Positions 38,133-47,892 are shown, counted from the stretch's first letter. The stretch: DNA of 62,650 nt from Microvirga sp. (GCA_035944695.1 DASZBB010000160.1:1-62650), one strand, 5' to 3'. Translations and numbers: made by a program. Notes: generated by a model not told the origin, from the letters alone.

Positions 38133-38936
38133 ATGAAGGAGGGCCCATCCTTCCTGCTCGTCTCCGCTCGGCAGGTGTTCGTGGTGGCGCTTGCCGCCAT
38201 GCTCTTCCTTGGTCTCGGCCCCGCCCTCGCCCAGACCTTTCCGCAGCTGACGGGGCGCGTGGTCGACGGGGCCGGCATCCTCAAGCCCGAGGAGCGGGCG
38301 GCGCTCGAGGCGAAACTCAAGGCCCACGAGGACAAGACCACCGATCAGGTGGTGGTCGCCACCGTGCGCTCGCTGGAAGGTTATCCGATCGAGGATTATG
38401 CGAACCGCCTCTTCCGCCATTGGCAGCTCGGCCAGAAGGACAAGGACAATGGGGCGCTCCTCCTCGTGGCCCCGCAGGAGCGGAAGGTGCGCATCGAGGT
38501 GGGTTACGGGCTGGAAGGCGCGCTGACGGACGCGCTCTCCAAGGTCATCATCACCACGGCCGTCGCGCCCCAGTTCCAGAAAGGCAATTTCGCCGGCGGC
38601 ATCGATGCGGGCGTCGACGCCATGCTGTCGATCCTGACCGGCGATGCGGAGGAATGGCACCGCCGCGCCGAGGTGCGCGAGGACGACACCACGAGCATCG
38701 ATCCCGTCATCGCCTTCGTCATCCTCCTGATCCTGTTCTTCTTGATCTCGCGGATGATGGGAGCCGGCCGTGCCCGCGGCGTCAGGCGGGGCCGCCGCGG
38801 CCCCTGGATCGTCACCACCGGCGGCTGGCCGGGCGGAGGCGGCTGGTCCGGGGGCGGCGGGGGCTGGTCCGGCGGGGGCGGCTTCTCGGGAGGCGGCGGC
38901 TCGTCGGGCGGCGGCGGGGCTTCGGGGAGCTGGTAG
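38133..38936 (+). CDS. TPM domain protein (YgcG-like) with Gly-rich tail
   Basis: GRVVD, WQLGQKDKDNG, RIEVGYGLEG and C-terminal GGGGSSGGGGASGSW. Confidence 0.92.
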   Translation: MKEGPSFLLVSARQVFVVALAAMLFLGLGPALAQTFPQLTGRVVDGAGILKPEERAALEAKLKAHEDKTTDQVVVATVRSLEGYPIEDYANRLFRHWQLGQKDKDNGALLLVAPQERKVRIEVGYGLEGALTDALSKVIITTAVAPQFQKGNFAGGIDAGVDAMLSILTGDAEEWHRRAEVREDDTTSIDPVIAFVILLILFFLISRMMGAGRARGVRRGRRGPWIVTTGGWPGGGGWSGGGGGWSGGGGFSGGGGSSGGGGASGSW

Positions 38937-39548
38937 ATGATTTCACCCGACGAACAGGCGCGCCTCGCCCAGGCCATCAGCGACGTGGAGGATGACACCT
39001 CCGGCGAGATCGTGCTCGTGATCGCCGAACAGGCAGCGTTCTATCGCGCGGTCCCGCCGCTCTGGGCGCTGCTGGCCGCTCTCGTGACGCCCTGGCCGCT
39101 GATCTGGCTGACATCGATCAGCACGTCGCGGATCTTCCTGATCCAGCTCGCAGTGGCCCTGGCCCTGAGCCTCGTCCTGTCCTGGCCGAAGCTGCGTTAC
39201 GCGCTCGTGCCACGCGCCATCAAGCAGGCCCGAGGTCATGAGGCCGCCTCGCGCGAGTTCCTGCGCCGGGGGCTCACCCGCACCCGGGAGAAGACAGGCG
39301 TGCTGATCTATCTGGCGCTCGCCGAGCACCATGCCGAAATCCTCGCTGATACGGGGATCGCCGACCGGGTCGATGCGGGCGTCTGGGCCGATATCGTCGC
39401 GGACCTGACCGACGCCATCCGGGACGGGCGCATGACCGACGGCCTGATCGAGGCCATCCAGCGCACGGGCGCGATCCTGGCGGAACACGCGCCGCCCCGC
39501 CTCGACGACGTGGACGAGCTGCCGAACAAAGTTGTCATCCTACCCTGA
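38937..39548 (+). CDS. TPM domain membrane protein
   Basis: TSGEIV, TREKTGVLIY..AEH.AEILAD.GI and DELPN motifs; third gene of the lemA operon. Confidence 0.88.
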   Translation: MISPDEQARLAQAISDVEDDTSGEIVLVIAEQAAFYRAVPPLWALLAALVTPWPLIWLTSISTSRIFLIQLAVALALSLVLSWPKLRYALVPRAIKQARGHEAASREFLRRGLTRTREKTGVLIYLALAEHHAEILADTGIADRVDAGVWADIVADLTDAIRDGRMTDGLIEAIQRTGAILAEHAPPRLDDVDELPNKVVILP

Positions 39549-39565
39549 TCAGAGCCCTGCCTTGA

Positions 39566-40303
39566 TCAGAGGCCCGGGCCCTTCGCGGCCCCGAGGATGA
39601 TGCCCGGTCGTGCAGCATCCGTGCTCTGCAGCAGCACCACATAGCCGTCTCCGCCGCTGCGTGCGGTCTCGAGGGGCACCTGGAAACGCGCCGAGCCGCC
39701 GAGCCATTCGCCGACGCGCGTCAGCCCGCGCACCACGTTGGCATAGGTGATCGTCTTGCCCCGGTTCTCGCCGCGCTCGATCGGAACAGTCTTCGCCTTC
39801 AGGACCGGCAGCACCCACAATTCGGCGGCACGCTGGGTGGTGTCTGGCGTCTCCTCGACGGCAATCGTCACGGTGCCGTCCCGCTCGTCGAGAGTGACGT
39901 TCACCGGCAGGGTCTTGCGGCCCTTCGTGGTATATTGGATCGCTTTCTCGATCTGCTCCCGGTCGGAGCCGATGCAGGATTTCTTGCCGTTGACGATCAT
40001 CTGCGGCGTGAAGACCTGCCGGTCCTTGCGGGAATGGGCATAGGCCTTCTGGCGCTCGGTGAAGGCCACATGGGCGAGCGTGTCCTTCCAGCCGAGATAA
40101 TCCCAGTAATTGACCGGCAGGGACAGGGCGATGATGTCCGGCTGGCGGGAATACTCGACCAGGAGTTCATCGGCCGGCGGGCAGGAGGAGCAGCCTTGGC
40201 TCGTGAACAGCTCGACGACCGCGCGCGGCGGATCCGCCAGAGCAGGCTGAAGGTACGCGGCCAGACCGAGGGCCGCCAAAGTCAGTGTCAAACGGGACGC
40301 CAT
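39566..40303 (-). CDS. DUF1223 thioredoxin-like secreted protein
   Basis: Signal peptide; VVELFTSQGCSSCPPAD, YWDYLGWKD and GENRG motifs. Confidence 0.92.
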   Translation of the reverse strand: MASRLTLTLAALGLAAYLQPALADPPRAVVELFTSQGCSSCPPADELLVEYSRQPDIIALSLPVNYWDYLGWKDTLAHVAFTERQKAYAHSRKDRQVFTPQMIVNGKKSCIGSDREQIEKAIQYTTKGRKTLPVNVTLDERDGTVTIAVEETPDTTQRAAELWVLPVLKAKTVPIERGENRGKTITYANVVRGLTRVGEWLGGSARFQVPLETARSGGDGYVVLLQSTDAARPGIILGAAKGPGL

Positions 40304-40360
40304 GGTGCGGCTATCGAACACGAAACCAGCCTCAAGGGGAACTCACGTTACCTTGAACGC

Positions 40361-40437
40361 CAGCGCATCGCTCGTCAAAGAGCGGAGCATCGGGTCAGAT
40401 CCCAAGAGTGGATTCCACGTGCGGGTCCGATGTTTTG
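40361..40437. repeat. RIME/Bru-RS-like repeat (family B) overlapping the lpxXL 3' end
   Basis: Reverse complement ACATCGGACCC..GTGGAATCCACTCTTGGGATC..CCGATGCTCCGCTCTTTGA matches the left half of 53256-53372. Confidence 0.75.
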
Positions 40438-41354
40438 GCCGGAACCCGCCAGCGGCGGTGCATCCACAGCCACTGCTCGGGAAATTCCCGCACCCAATCC
40501 TCCACCACGGTGGTCATGGCCTGCATGGCGCCCTGCACGTTGATCTGGCCGTCCGGATCGCGGGGCAGATCGAGCGGCGGCGTGAGCTGCAGGCGGAATC
40601 GATGGTTGGGGAGCCGGATCACCCGCACCCCGTGCACGGGACAATCGAAGCGGCGGGCGAATTTGCCGAGGATCGGATTCACCAGGGCTGGCCGACCCAT
40701 GAAGTTCACGATCACCCCGCGGGTGAAATGCTGGTCGATGAGCATGCCGAGATGACCGCCCTTCTCCAGCGCTCCCTGCATGGCGAAGGCCGCGCCCTGG
40801 CGGGCCGCTTCCAGGTTGCCCATGGTTTCGCTGCGGATCTCGTGCAGCACCCGGGCGATGGCCGGGTCGTTGGGCGCGCGGAACACCGCCGTGGTGTCGA
40901 GCCCGAAGCGCGCGGCGCAGATCGCCGGCAACTCCCAATTGGCCAGGTGGGCAGAGAAGATGAGCCCGGGCTTGCCGTCGTCGCGAAGCGCCAGGAAATG
41001 GTCGATGCCGTCGACCTCGGTGCGGCCGGGAACCGTGCTGTCCGGATCGAAGTCGAACAGGCGGCCGAGATGCGGGTATTCGCCGGCCGTGCGGCCGAGA
41101 TTGTCCCAGGCGGCCATCGCCAGGGCCTTCACCTCGGCGTCCGGCTTCTCCGGATAGGCCGCGCGGATGTTGTTCAGGGCCGTCTTGTGAGCCCGCAGAA
41201 GCGGGCCGAAGGTGCGGGTGAGGGCCGCCCCGACCGCGCCGGAGCGCTCGGGTCCCAGAGCCCGCGCCAGGGCGAACACGCCGCGCACGACGCCGACCAT
41301 GATCGTCTCGGTGAGGCGCGAGACGAGGCTGCGGGGGCGGTGGGGCTGCTGCAC
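40395..41354 (-). CDS. lpxXL: Lipid A VLCFA acyltransferase (LpxL family)
   Basis: SAHLANWE, LIDQ and PEQWLWMHRRW motifs; last gene of the acpXL cluster. Confidence 0.85.
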   Translation of the reverse strand: MQQPHRPRSLVSRLTETIMVGVVRGVFALARALGPERSGAVGAALTRTFGPLLRAHKTALNNIRAAYPEKPDAEVKALAMAAWDNLGRTAGEYPHLGRLFDFDPDSTVPGRTEVDGIDHFLALRDDGKPGLIFSAHLANWELPAICAARFGLDTTAVFRAPNDPAIARVLHEIRSETMGNLEAARQGAAFAMQGALEKGGHLGMLIDQHFTRGVIVNFMGRPALVNPILGKFARRFDCPVHGVRVIRLPNHRFRLQLTPPLDLPRDPDGQINVQGAMQAMTTVVEDWVREFPEQWLWMHRRWRVPAKTSDPHVESTLGI

Positions 41355-41499
41355 GTGTGTCCTGTCCTGGTAAGGGGAGCCGGCTCAGCGTCCGGCTGGA
41401 AAGAAGGTCCCCGCGTCTTTTTCGGAGGCAGCCCGTTTCGTCAAGGTCTTGTGCGGTTCCGTGCGTGTGCGGCCCATTGTTCCAGCGGCCGTTTCCGGC

Positions 41500-42522
41500 T
41501 CAGAACGTCACGATGACCTTGCCGAAGACCTTTCGGCCCTCGAGCCGCTCCAGGCCCTTCTGGAACTCGTCGAGCGGGAAGACGGCGTCGATGACCGGCG
41601 TCATGCCGCCGGCCATCTTGTCGAGCGACTGACTGATGTTCTCGATCCGGCAGCCGAAGGAGCCGAAGATCCGGTATTGCTGCTGGAAGAGCTGCATCAG
41701 GTTCATGGTGGTGGACACGCCCGAGGTCGAGCCGCAGGTGACGAGGCGCCCGCCGCGCTTGAGGCAGAGCAGGGAGCCGTTCCAGGTCTCGGCGCCCACA
41801 TGCTCGAACACCACGTCGACGCCCTTGCGCTTGGTCAGCCGTCGCACCTCGCCCTCGAAGCGCTCGGTGCGGTAGTTGATGACGTGGTCGGCGCCCAGCG
41901 CCTTCGCCTTCTCGCCCTTCTCGTCATCGCCCACCGTCGTGTAGACGGTGCAGCCGATGGCCTTGGCCATCTTGATCGCCGCCGTGCCGATGCCGGAGCC
42001 GCCCGCATGGACGAGGATCGACTCGCCGGGCTCTAGCTTGGCGTTGTCGAAGAGCATGTGCTGCACGGTGCCGAAGCCGATGGGCGCGCAGGCCGCCTGC
42101 TCGAAGGTGACCCCCTGCGGCACCGGGATCACGAGCCGCTCCGGCCGGTTGATCAGCTCGCGGGCGAAGCCGTCGATGTGGAAGCCCATGATGCCGGCGA
42201 CGTTCTCGCAGAGATTGTCCCAGCCCTTTTGGCACGCCTTGCAGTGGCCGCAGGTCTCGGCCCCGTACATGGTGACAGGATCGCCCGCCTTGAACCGCGT
42301 GACGCCCTTGCCCACCGCGGCGATCTCGCCCGAGGCCTCGACCCCCACGGCCTGGGGCATCTTGCGCTTGGCGAACGCCATGCCGCGAAAGCCCCAAACA
42401 TCGAGGAAGTTAAGGGCCAGCGCCCTGACCCGCACCTGCACCTCGCCGGGAGCCGGCGGCGGCGGCGCGTCGATTTCGGTGATGCGAAGGTCACGGTCGC
42501 CGAACAACTGAAGGGAGCGCAT
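41500..42522 (-). CDS. Zinc-binding dehydrogenase of the VLCFA cluster (AdhA2XL-like)
   Basis: CGHCKAC...C, HAGGSGIG and CGSTSG motifs; position in the acpXL-lpxXL cluster. Confidence 0.85.
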   Translation of the reverse strand: MRSLQLFGDRDLRITEIDAPPPPAPGEVQVRVRALALNFLDVWGFRGMAFAKRKMPQAVGVEASGEIAAVGKGVTRFKAGDPVTMYGAETCGHCKACQKGWDNLCENVAGIMGFHIDGFARELINRPERLVIPVPQGVTFEQAACAPIGFGTVQHMLFDNAKLEPGESILVHAGGSGIGTAAIKMAKAIGCTVYTTVGDDEKGEKAKALGADHVINYRTERFEGEVRRLTKRKGVDVVFEHVGAETWNGSLLCLKRGGRLVTCGSTSGVSTTMNLMQLFQQQYRIFGSFGCRIENISQSLDKMAGGMTPVIDAVFPLDEFQKGLERLEGRKVFGKVIVTF

Positions 42523-42674
42523 GAAAAATTTTTCCTGATCAGCGTCACCGCCGACGCTGAGGCGCAGCAGTCACGGAGCAATCCTTTTCCGGCGGCTTAA
42601 AGGGCGAGCGGTTGAATGGCAAGCTTCGGACATTGGGCCGAGAAGCGTTGATGCTGCCCGGTCGGTGCTGCTTA

Positions 42675-42765
42675 CGTCATGGCCGGGCTCGTCCCGGCCA
42701 TCCCGATACAGAAAAGCGCTGCGCCTCATTCAATCGGGATCCCCGGCACAAGGCCGGGGATGACA
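42675..42765. repeat. REP-like element (family A)
   Basis: CGTCATGGCCGGGCTCGTCCCGGCCATCCCGAT...ATCGGGATCCCCGGCACAAGGCCGGGGATGAC. Confidence 0.85.
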
Positions 42766-42828
42766 ATGCCAGGCTGGTTTGCAGGATCCCGAAGGGCCGC
42801 GATGGTCCGTCTGATCAACGGTTCCCTT

Positions 42829-43581
42829 CTACCGGTGCACGCCCAGCATCGAGGTCAGGCCGCCGTCAATCGGCAGCACCGCGCCGGTGATGTAGGCGGC
42901 GGGCTCGCTCAGGAGGAAGGCGGCAAGACCTGCGATCTCCTCAGGCCTTGCGAAGCGCCCGGCCGGGATCTGCTTTTCCATGTTTTCACGATAGGCCGCG
43001 TAGGGCGCCATCATGTCCGTGTCGATGAAGCCCGGGGCGATCACGTTGACGGTGACGCCCCGCTTGGCGGTCTCGACGGAGAGCGTGCGGCAATAGGAGA
43101 TCAGCGCGCCCTTGGAGGCCGCATAAGCCGCGTTGCCCGGATTGCCCTGGAGCGCCGCCACCGAACCGATGGCCACGATGCGCCCGGCCTTGGCGCGGAT
43201 CATGCCGCGCATGAGCGCCTTGGCGATGCGGGTCAGCGACCAGAAGTTCACCTGCATGGCGGCTTCGGCCTTGTCCTGCTGCATCATGGCGGCAAGCGCG
43301 TCATAGGGCTGGCCGGCATTGTGGATGAGCCCGAAGAAGCCCTCGCCCTCGACGGCCTCGCAGAAGGCGTCGAGCGCCGCCTTGTCGGCAAGATCCACTT
43401 CATGGGCCTGGATGGTGCGGCCAGGGTTTGCCCCCGTCAGCTCGTCCGCCAGCGCCTTGGCGGCATCGCCCGAGGAACGGTAGGTGAAGTCGACGTCGTG
43501 GCCGGCCGCCACGAGCGCCCGCACGATGGCGGCGCCCACACCTTTGGCTCCGCCCGTCACCAGGACCCGTGTCATCGTCAT
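42829..43581 (-). CDS. 3-oxoacyl-ACP reductase (FabG-like SDR)
   Basis: TGGAKGVG, GNPGNAAYAASK and VNVIAPGFIDTDM motifs; start overlaps the upstream fabF stop (ATGA). Confidence 0.85.
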   Translation of the reverse strand: MTMTRVLVTGGAKGVGAAIVRALVAAGHDVDFTYRSSGDAAKALADELTGANPGRTIQAHEVDLADKAALDAFCEAVEGEGFFGLIHNAGQPYDALAAMMQQDKAEAAMQVNFWSLTRIAKALMRGMIRAKAGRIVAIGSVAALQGNPGNAAYAASKGALISYCRTLSVETAKRGVTVNVIAPGFIDTDMMAPYAAYRENMEKQIPAGRFARPEEIAGLAAFLLSEPAAYITGAVLPIDGGLTSMLGVHR

Positions 43582-44858
43582 GCCCCTTGCGGCTCGGCCC
43601 CGAAGACGAGGCAGGTGTTCTGGCCGCCGAAGCCGAAGGAGTTCGAGAGCACGTAATTCACCGGCGCGTCGCGGGCGACGTTCGGCACCACGTCGAGGGG
43701 GATCGCCGGGTCCGGCACCTGATAGTTGATGGTGGGCGGGATGCGGCCCGTGGCGATGGTCATGAGCGACATCACCGCCTCCACGGCGCCGGCGGCCGTG
43801 AGCGTGTGGCCGATCATCGATTTGTTGGAGGAGATCGGAAGACGGGCCATGCGCTCGCCGAACACGGCGGTGCAGCTCATGGCCTCCATCTTGTCGTTCT
43901 CCGGCGTCGAGGTGCCATGGGCGTTGATGTAGTCGATGGCCTCCGGCGAGACGCCCGCATCCTCAAGCGCCTGGCGGATCGCCGTGATGGCCGGCATGCC
44001 GTCGGGCGAGGAGCGGGTGCGGTGGAAGCCGTCGCCCTTCTCGCCGCAGCCGAGCACGTAGCCCAGGATCATGGCGCCCCGCGCCTTGGCGCTTTCCGCG
44101 TTCTCGAGCACCAGGGCGGCGCCGCCCTCACCCATGACGAAGCCGTCGCGGTTCTTGGAGAAGGGTTTCGACGCCCCTTCCGGGGTCTCGTTCTGGGTCG
44201 AGAGGGCCGAGAGCAGGGAGAAGCGGATGAGGGATTCCGGGTTCACCGACCCGTCGGTGCCGATGCAGAGCGCCGCCTGCGTCTCGCCGCGGCGGATCGC
44301 CTCGACGCCGAGCTGGATCGCCGTGGCGCCGGACGAGCAGGCGGTGGACAGCGAGATCGGCGAGCCCCTGGTGCCGAATCGGTTGGCCACCCGGTCAGCC
44401 ACGGTGCCGAAGATGAAGAGATCATGCCAGGGCTTGAACTCGCCTGAGGCCGCGGCCTTCAAAAGATCCTTGTAGGTGATGTCCCCGTCCTGGCCTGAGA
44501 CCTTGGCCAGCGCCTCGCGCTGCGGCCATTCCATCTCGACCGGTGGCACGGCGATGAACAGCGCCCCGGGGAAATCCTCCTGGGCAAGCCCCGACTGGCC
44601 GACCGCCTCCTCGGCCGCCAACATGGCGAGCCGCTCGGACAGCATGGGGGCGCAGAAGGGCTCCACGTCGACCGAGTCGATGGTGCCGGCGATCGTGGTG
44701 CGCAGGCCTTCGGTGGGGAAGCGGTTGATCCGGTGAATGCCGGATTTGCCGGCCGTCAGAGCGGCCCAGGTGTCGTCCTTGCCCTGGCCGAGGGACGTGA
44801 CCACCCCCATGCCGGTGACGGCAACGAGCGGGCGACCTTGCTTATCGCGATACGCCAT
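43578..44858 (-). CDS. Beta-ketoacyl-ACP synthase (FabF1XL-like, catalytic)
   Basis: STACSSG, INAHGTST, KSMIGH and SNSFGFGGQN motifs; start MAYRDK. Confidence 0.92.
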   Translation of the reverse strand: MAYRDKQGRPLVAVTGMGVVTSLGQGKDDTWAALTAGKSGIHRINRFPTEGLRTTIAGTIDSVDVEPFCAPMLSERLAMLAAEEAVGQSGLAQEDFPGALFIAVPPVEMEWPQREALAKVSGQDGDITYKDLLKAAASGEFKPWHDLFIFGTVADRVANRFGTRGSPISLSTACSSGATAIQLGVEAIRRGETQAALCIGTDGSVNPESLIRFSLLSALSTQNETPEGASKPFSKNRDGFVMGEGGAALVLENAESAKARGAMILGYVLGCGEKGDGFHRTRSSPDGMPAITAIRQALEDAGVSPEAIDYINAHGTSTPENDKMEAMSCTAVFGERMARLPISSNKSMIGHTLTAAGAVEAVMSLMTIATGRIPPTINYQVPDPAIPLDVVPNVARDAPVNYVLSNSFGFGGQNTCLVFGAEPQGA

Positions 44859-44868
44859 GGCCTTCTCC

Positions 44869-45993
44869 TCAAGCCTTGGTGAGCCGGATGGCGCCTTCGC
44901 CGCGCCAATGGCCAATGGAGGTGACGAGCGCCTCGCGGGCCTTTCCGTCGGCGATCAGCCCGGCCGCGAGCGCCACGCCCGTGGCCGCCTGGGCTTCCAT
45001 CGTATGGCCGACGAGATCGCCGGTGGCGTGAACCGCCGCGCCAGGTGCGATGTCCTTCAGCGCCGCCTGCTCTTCCTCCGTGAGGCCCTTGATGCCGGTG
45101 GCGCCCGAGATCACTACGTCAGGCTTGGCATTCAGCTGCCTCGACAGGGCGTGGAGCGCACCTTCGACGCTGCCTGCCTTGCGGCGGGAGCGATCGGAGG
45201 CCACGGCCGCGACGGATGCCAGCGGCTTCGCACCGCGCGAGGCCGCATGCTCGCGGGATTCCAGCACCAGGAAGCAGGCGCCCGATCCGAGGATCATGCC
45301 GCCGCCCTCCGCAGGGCGCTCCCAGACCGGACGATAAGGCTTCTTCCAGAGGAAGCCGCCCATCTCGTAGATGAGGAGCACGTCGGCCCGCTCGGCATTG
45401 TAGGCGCCGCCGACGAGGAAGATGTCGTCCTGGCCCGAGGCGATGCGCTCCCGGGCGATCCGGATCGCATCGACGCCGCTCGATTCCTCGCCCATGAAGG
45501 TCCGGGATGCGCCGGTGACGCCGTGGACGATGGAAATGTTGCCGGCGAGCAGATTGGAGAGTTGCGCCAGAAACAGGGTCGGGCGCAGGTCGCCCATCAG
45601 GCGCTCGTTGAGGAAGACGCCCGGGTTCTCGGCCTTCGCCAGGCCGGTGAGGATCTGCCCGTCGACCGCGTAATCCCGCTCGCCGCCGCCGGCGGAGACG
45701 ATGAGCTGCATGCGCCCTTTCAGGGCCGCATCCTCCTTGGCGCCCGCCGCATCGAGGGCGAGGCCCGCGGCATAGCAGCCGAGCCTCTGCCACGCTTCCA
45801 TCTGGCGCTGATCGGACTTCTTCGGGATCTGCCGGTCCCATTCCAAGGTGCCGACGGGATGAACCGGGAATGGCTCGAAAGTGGCCATGTCCGTCTTCGG
45901 AGCGATGCCGCCGGCAAGCGCCGCCAGATGCGCCTCCAGGCCCTCTCCGGCGCTGGAGACGAGGCCGATTCCCGTAATCACGACATCCCGCAT
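44869..45993 (-). CDS. Beta-ketoacyl-ACP synthase-like protein (FabF2XL-like)
   Basis: KS fold (VVITGIG, PTLFLAQLSNLLAGNISI); FMGEESSG where the catalytic Cys motif would be. Confidence 0.85.
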   Translation of the reverse strand: MRDVVITGIGLVSSAGEGLEAHLAALAGGIAPKTDMATFEPFPVHPVGTLEWDRQIPKKSDQRQMEAWQRLGCYAAGLALDAAGAKEDAALKGRMQLIVSAGGGERDYAVDGQILTGLAKAENPGVFLNERLMGDLRPTLFLAQLSNLLAGNISIVHGVTGASRTFMGEESSGVDAIRIARERIASGQDDIFLVGGAYNAERADVLLIYEMGGFLWKKPYRPVWERPAEGGGMILGSGACFLVLESREHAASRGAKPLASVAAVASDRSRRKAGSVEGALHALSRQLNAKPDVVISGATGIKGLTEEEQAALKDIAPGAAVHATGDLVGHTMEAQAATGVALAAGLIADGKAREALVTSIGHWRGEGAIRLTKA

Positions 45994-46454
45994 CAAACCG
46001 TCTCCTCCAGGAGGCCGATGCGCTTGGCTTGAGCCCGCATCAGGCCGTCCATGCCTTCCGGAAAGGGCATGATCCGGAAGCGCAGTTCCGCATCGCAGAT
46101 CGGCTTGCCCTCGGCCGCGATCTTGGCCTTGGTCACCGCATAACCCGAGCCTTCGTGCTCCAGCTGCGCCGTGACGGCGAGCACCGTACCCGGTCCGACG
46201 AAGGTGCGAAAGCGCGCCTTGTCGACGCCCATCAGGAACGGCATGTGGGAAAAGCCCATGAGGCCGAGCACCAGGTAGCCGGAGGCCTGGGCCATGGTTT
46301 CTGTCAGAAGGACGCCAGGCACGAGGGGATGGCCGGGAAAATGCCCCTCGAAGACCGGGCTTTCTTGTGGAACGGTGGAGGAGACCTCGATCCGCTTGGT
46401 CTCGCGGTCGAGGCTCGTCACCCGATCGATCATTTCAAAATATTCGAGGCGCAT
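45993..46454 (-). CDS. 3-hydroxyacyl-ACP dehydratase (FabZXL-like)
   Basis: MIDRV and FEGHFPGHPLVPGVLLTETMAQ motifs; start MRLEYF. Confidence 0.9.
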   Translation of the reverse strand: MRLEYFEMIDRVTSLDRETKRIEVSSTVPQESPVFEGHFPGHPLVPGVLLTETMAQASGYLVLGLMGFSHMPFLMGVDKARFRTFVGPGTVLAVTAQLEHEGSGYAVTKAKIAAEGKPICDAELRFRIMPFPEGMDGLMRAQAKRIGLLEETV

Positions 46455-46577
46455 CAGGTCTCTTACCGTCTTGCCTCCGGCAGGTTCAATGGGAAGAGCA
46501 TCCATGAGGCGGAGCGCTGATGGATCGCCTCTTCGAGCCGGCCTCGACCGGCCGGCCCGCCGGGATGGTTTATATCT

Positions 46578-46859
46578 TTAGGCCTGCTTGGCGGCCACGA
46601 GCGCGTCGATGCGCGCCACGAGGTTCTTCAGGACGAAGTATTCCTCGGCGGGCGCCTTGCCCTCGTTCACTTCCTGCGTCCACTGCTCCAGTGGCAGCTT
46701 GATCCCGAAGGCCTTGTCGATGGCAAAGGCGATATCGAGGAAGGCGAGGGAGTCGATGCCGAGATCCTCGATGGCATGGCTCTCGGGGGTGATCTGCTCG
46801 CGCGGGATATCGGCGGTCTCTGAAATGATGCCGGCGACGGTCTCGAAGGTGGACGACAT
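46578..46859 (-). CDS. acpXL: Specialised acyl carrier protein AcpXL
   Basis: [34 protein letters not shown]...YFVLKNL; AcpXL-type sequence. Confidence 0.93.
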   Translation of the reverse strand: MSSTFETVAGIISETADIPREQITPESHAIEDLGIDSLAFLDIAFAIDKAFGIKLPLEQWTQEVNEGKAPAEEYFVLKNLVARIDALVAAKQA

Positions 46860-47169
46860 GACGCCGCTCTCCTGAACTGCTTGTTGGTCTCAACGATCCA
46901 GCGCCGGCAAGCTCTCGAGGCCCGGTGTCCAGCCGCTCGTTTCGTCAAGGAGGGTTGTTTCGAACGGCACCCCTTACACGAGAGGCCGCAAGGCGGCAAC
47001 CGATTGGTTGCACCCCAAGGGGTTCTGCCTTTGCCGAAACCTCGGAATCGTGCCTGCGGCAACTACTTAAAGGGCAAGCGATTGATTAATCGGCTGCCAT
47101 CGCCGATAAGGGCCGCCTTCGGTCGCAACCCGAATTACCTTACATTGATGACAGATTGCTTGGATCGAC

Positions 47170-47892
47170 GTGCTGAACAGGTTCCTCAAGCCTGAAATCC
47201 GCTATGCCCGCCGCATGGCCCGCATCGCGCGCTGGGACAGGCCCGTCGAGGGCTTGGCCGGACGCCTGCGCGCTTGGGCCCATATGCTGGTCGCCGATCA
47301 CGGGGTCTTCCGGCTCTTCTACCTGAACAAGCACCGGGTGACCGACCGCCTGTGGCGCTCGGCCCAGCCTGCCCCGCATCAGATTGCCGCCCTGAAAAGC
47401 GAGGGCGTGCGCACGATCATCAACCTGCGCGGCGGCCGGGAGCACGGCTCGTGGCAACTCCAGAAGGAGGCCTGCGAGAGACTCGGCATCCGACTGGAGG
47501 AATTCGTCGTCCGCTCCCGTGGGGCGCCCGACCGGGAAACGCTGCTGTCCGCCAAGGACTTCTTCGACAGGATCGAGTATCCGGCCGTCCTGCACTGCAA
47601 GTCGGGCGCGGACCGGGCGGGTTTCGTCGCCGCCCTCTACCTCGTGGTCTTCGAAGGCAGGTCCATCGACGAGGCCCAGCGCCAACTCTCCATGCGTTAC
47701 GGCCATTTCCGCTTCTCGAAGACGGGCATCCTCGACGAGTTCTTCGACCTCTATCGTCGCGAGGGCGAGGCCAAGGGCATTCCGTTCCTGACCTGGATCG
47801 AGACCCAATACGATGCCGAGGCCCTGGAGCGGAACTTCCGCCCGAGCTTCTGGTCGAGCCTTCTCGTCGATAGGATCATGCGGCGGGAATAG
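47170..47892 (+). CDS. Protein-tyrosine-phosphatase-fold protein (CtpA-like)
   Basis: RSAQP, IINLRG and HCKSGADR (HCx5R) motifs. Confidence 0.85.
   Translation: MLNRFLKPEIRYARRMARIARWDRPVEGLAGRLRAWAHMLVADHGVFRLFYLNKHRVTDRLWRSAQPAPHQIAALKSEGVRTIINLRGGREHGSWQLQKEACERLGIRLEEFVVRSRGAPDRETLLSAKDFFDRIEYPAVLHCKSGADRAGFVAALYLVVFEGRSIDEAQRQLSMRYGHFRFSKTGILDEFFDLYRREGEAKGIPFLTWIETQYDAEALERNFRPSFWSSLLVDRIMRRE

Noticed and set aside
38815-38936. Low-complexity GGC-rich tract
   Set aside because: Normal Gly-rich tail of YgcG/TPM proteins, not a contingency repeat.
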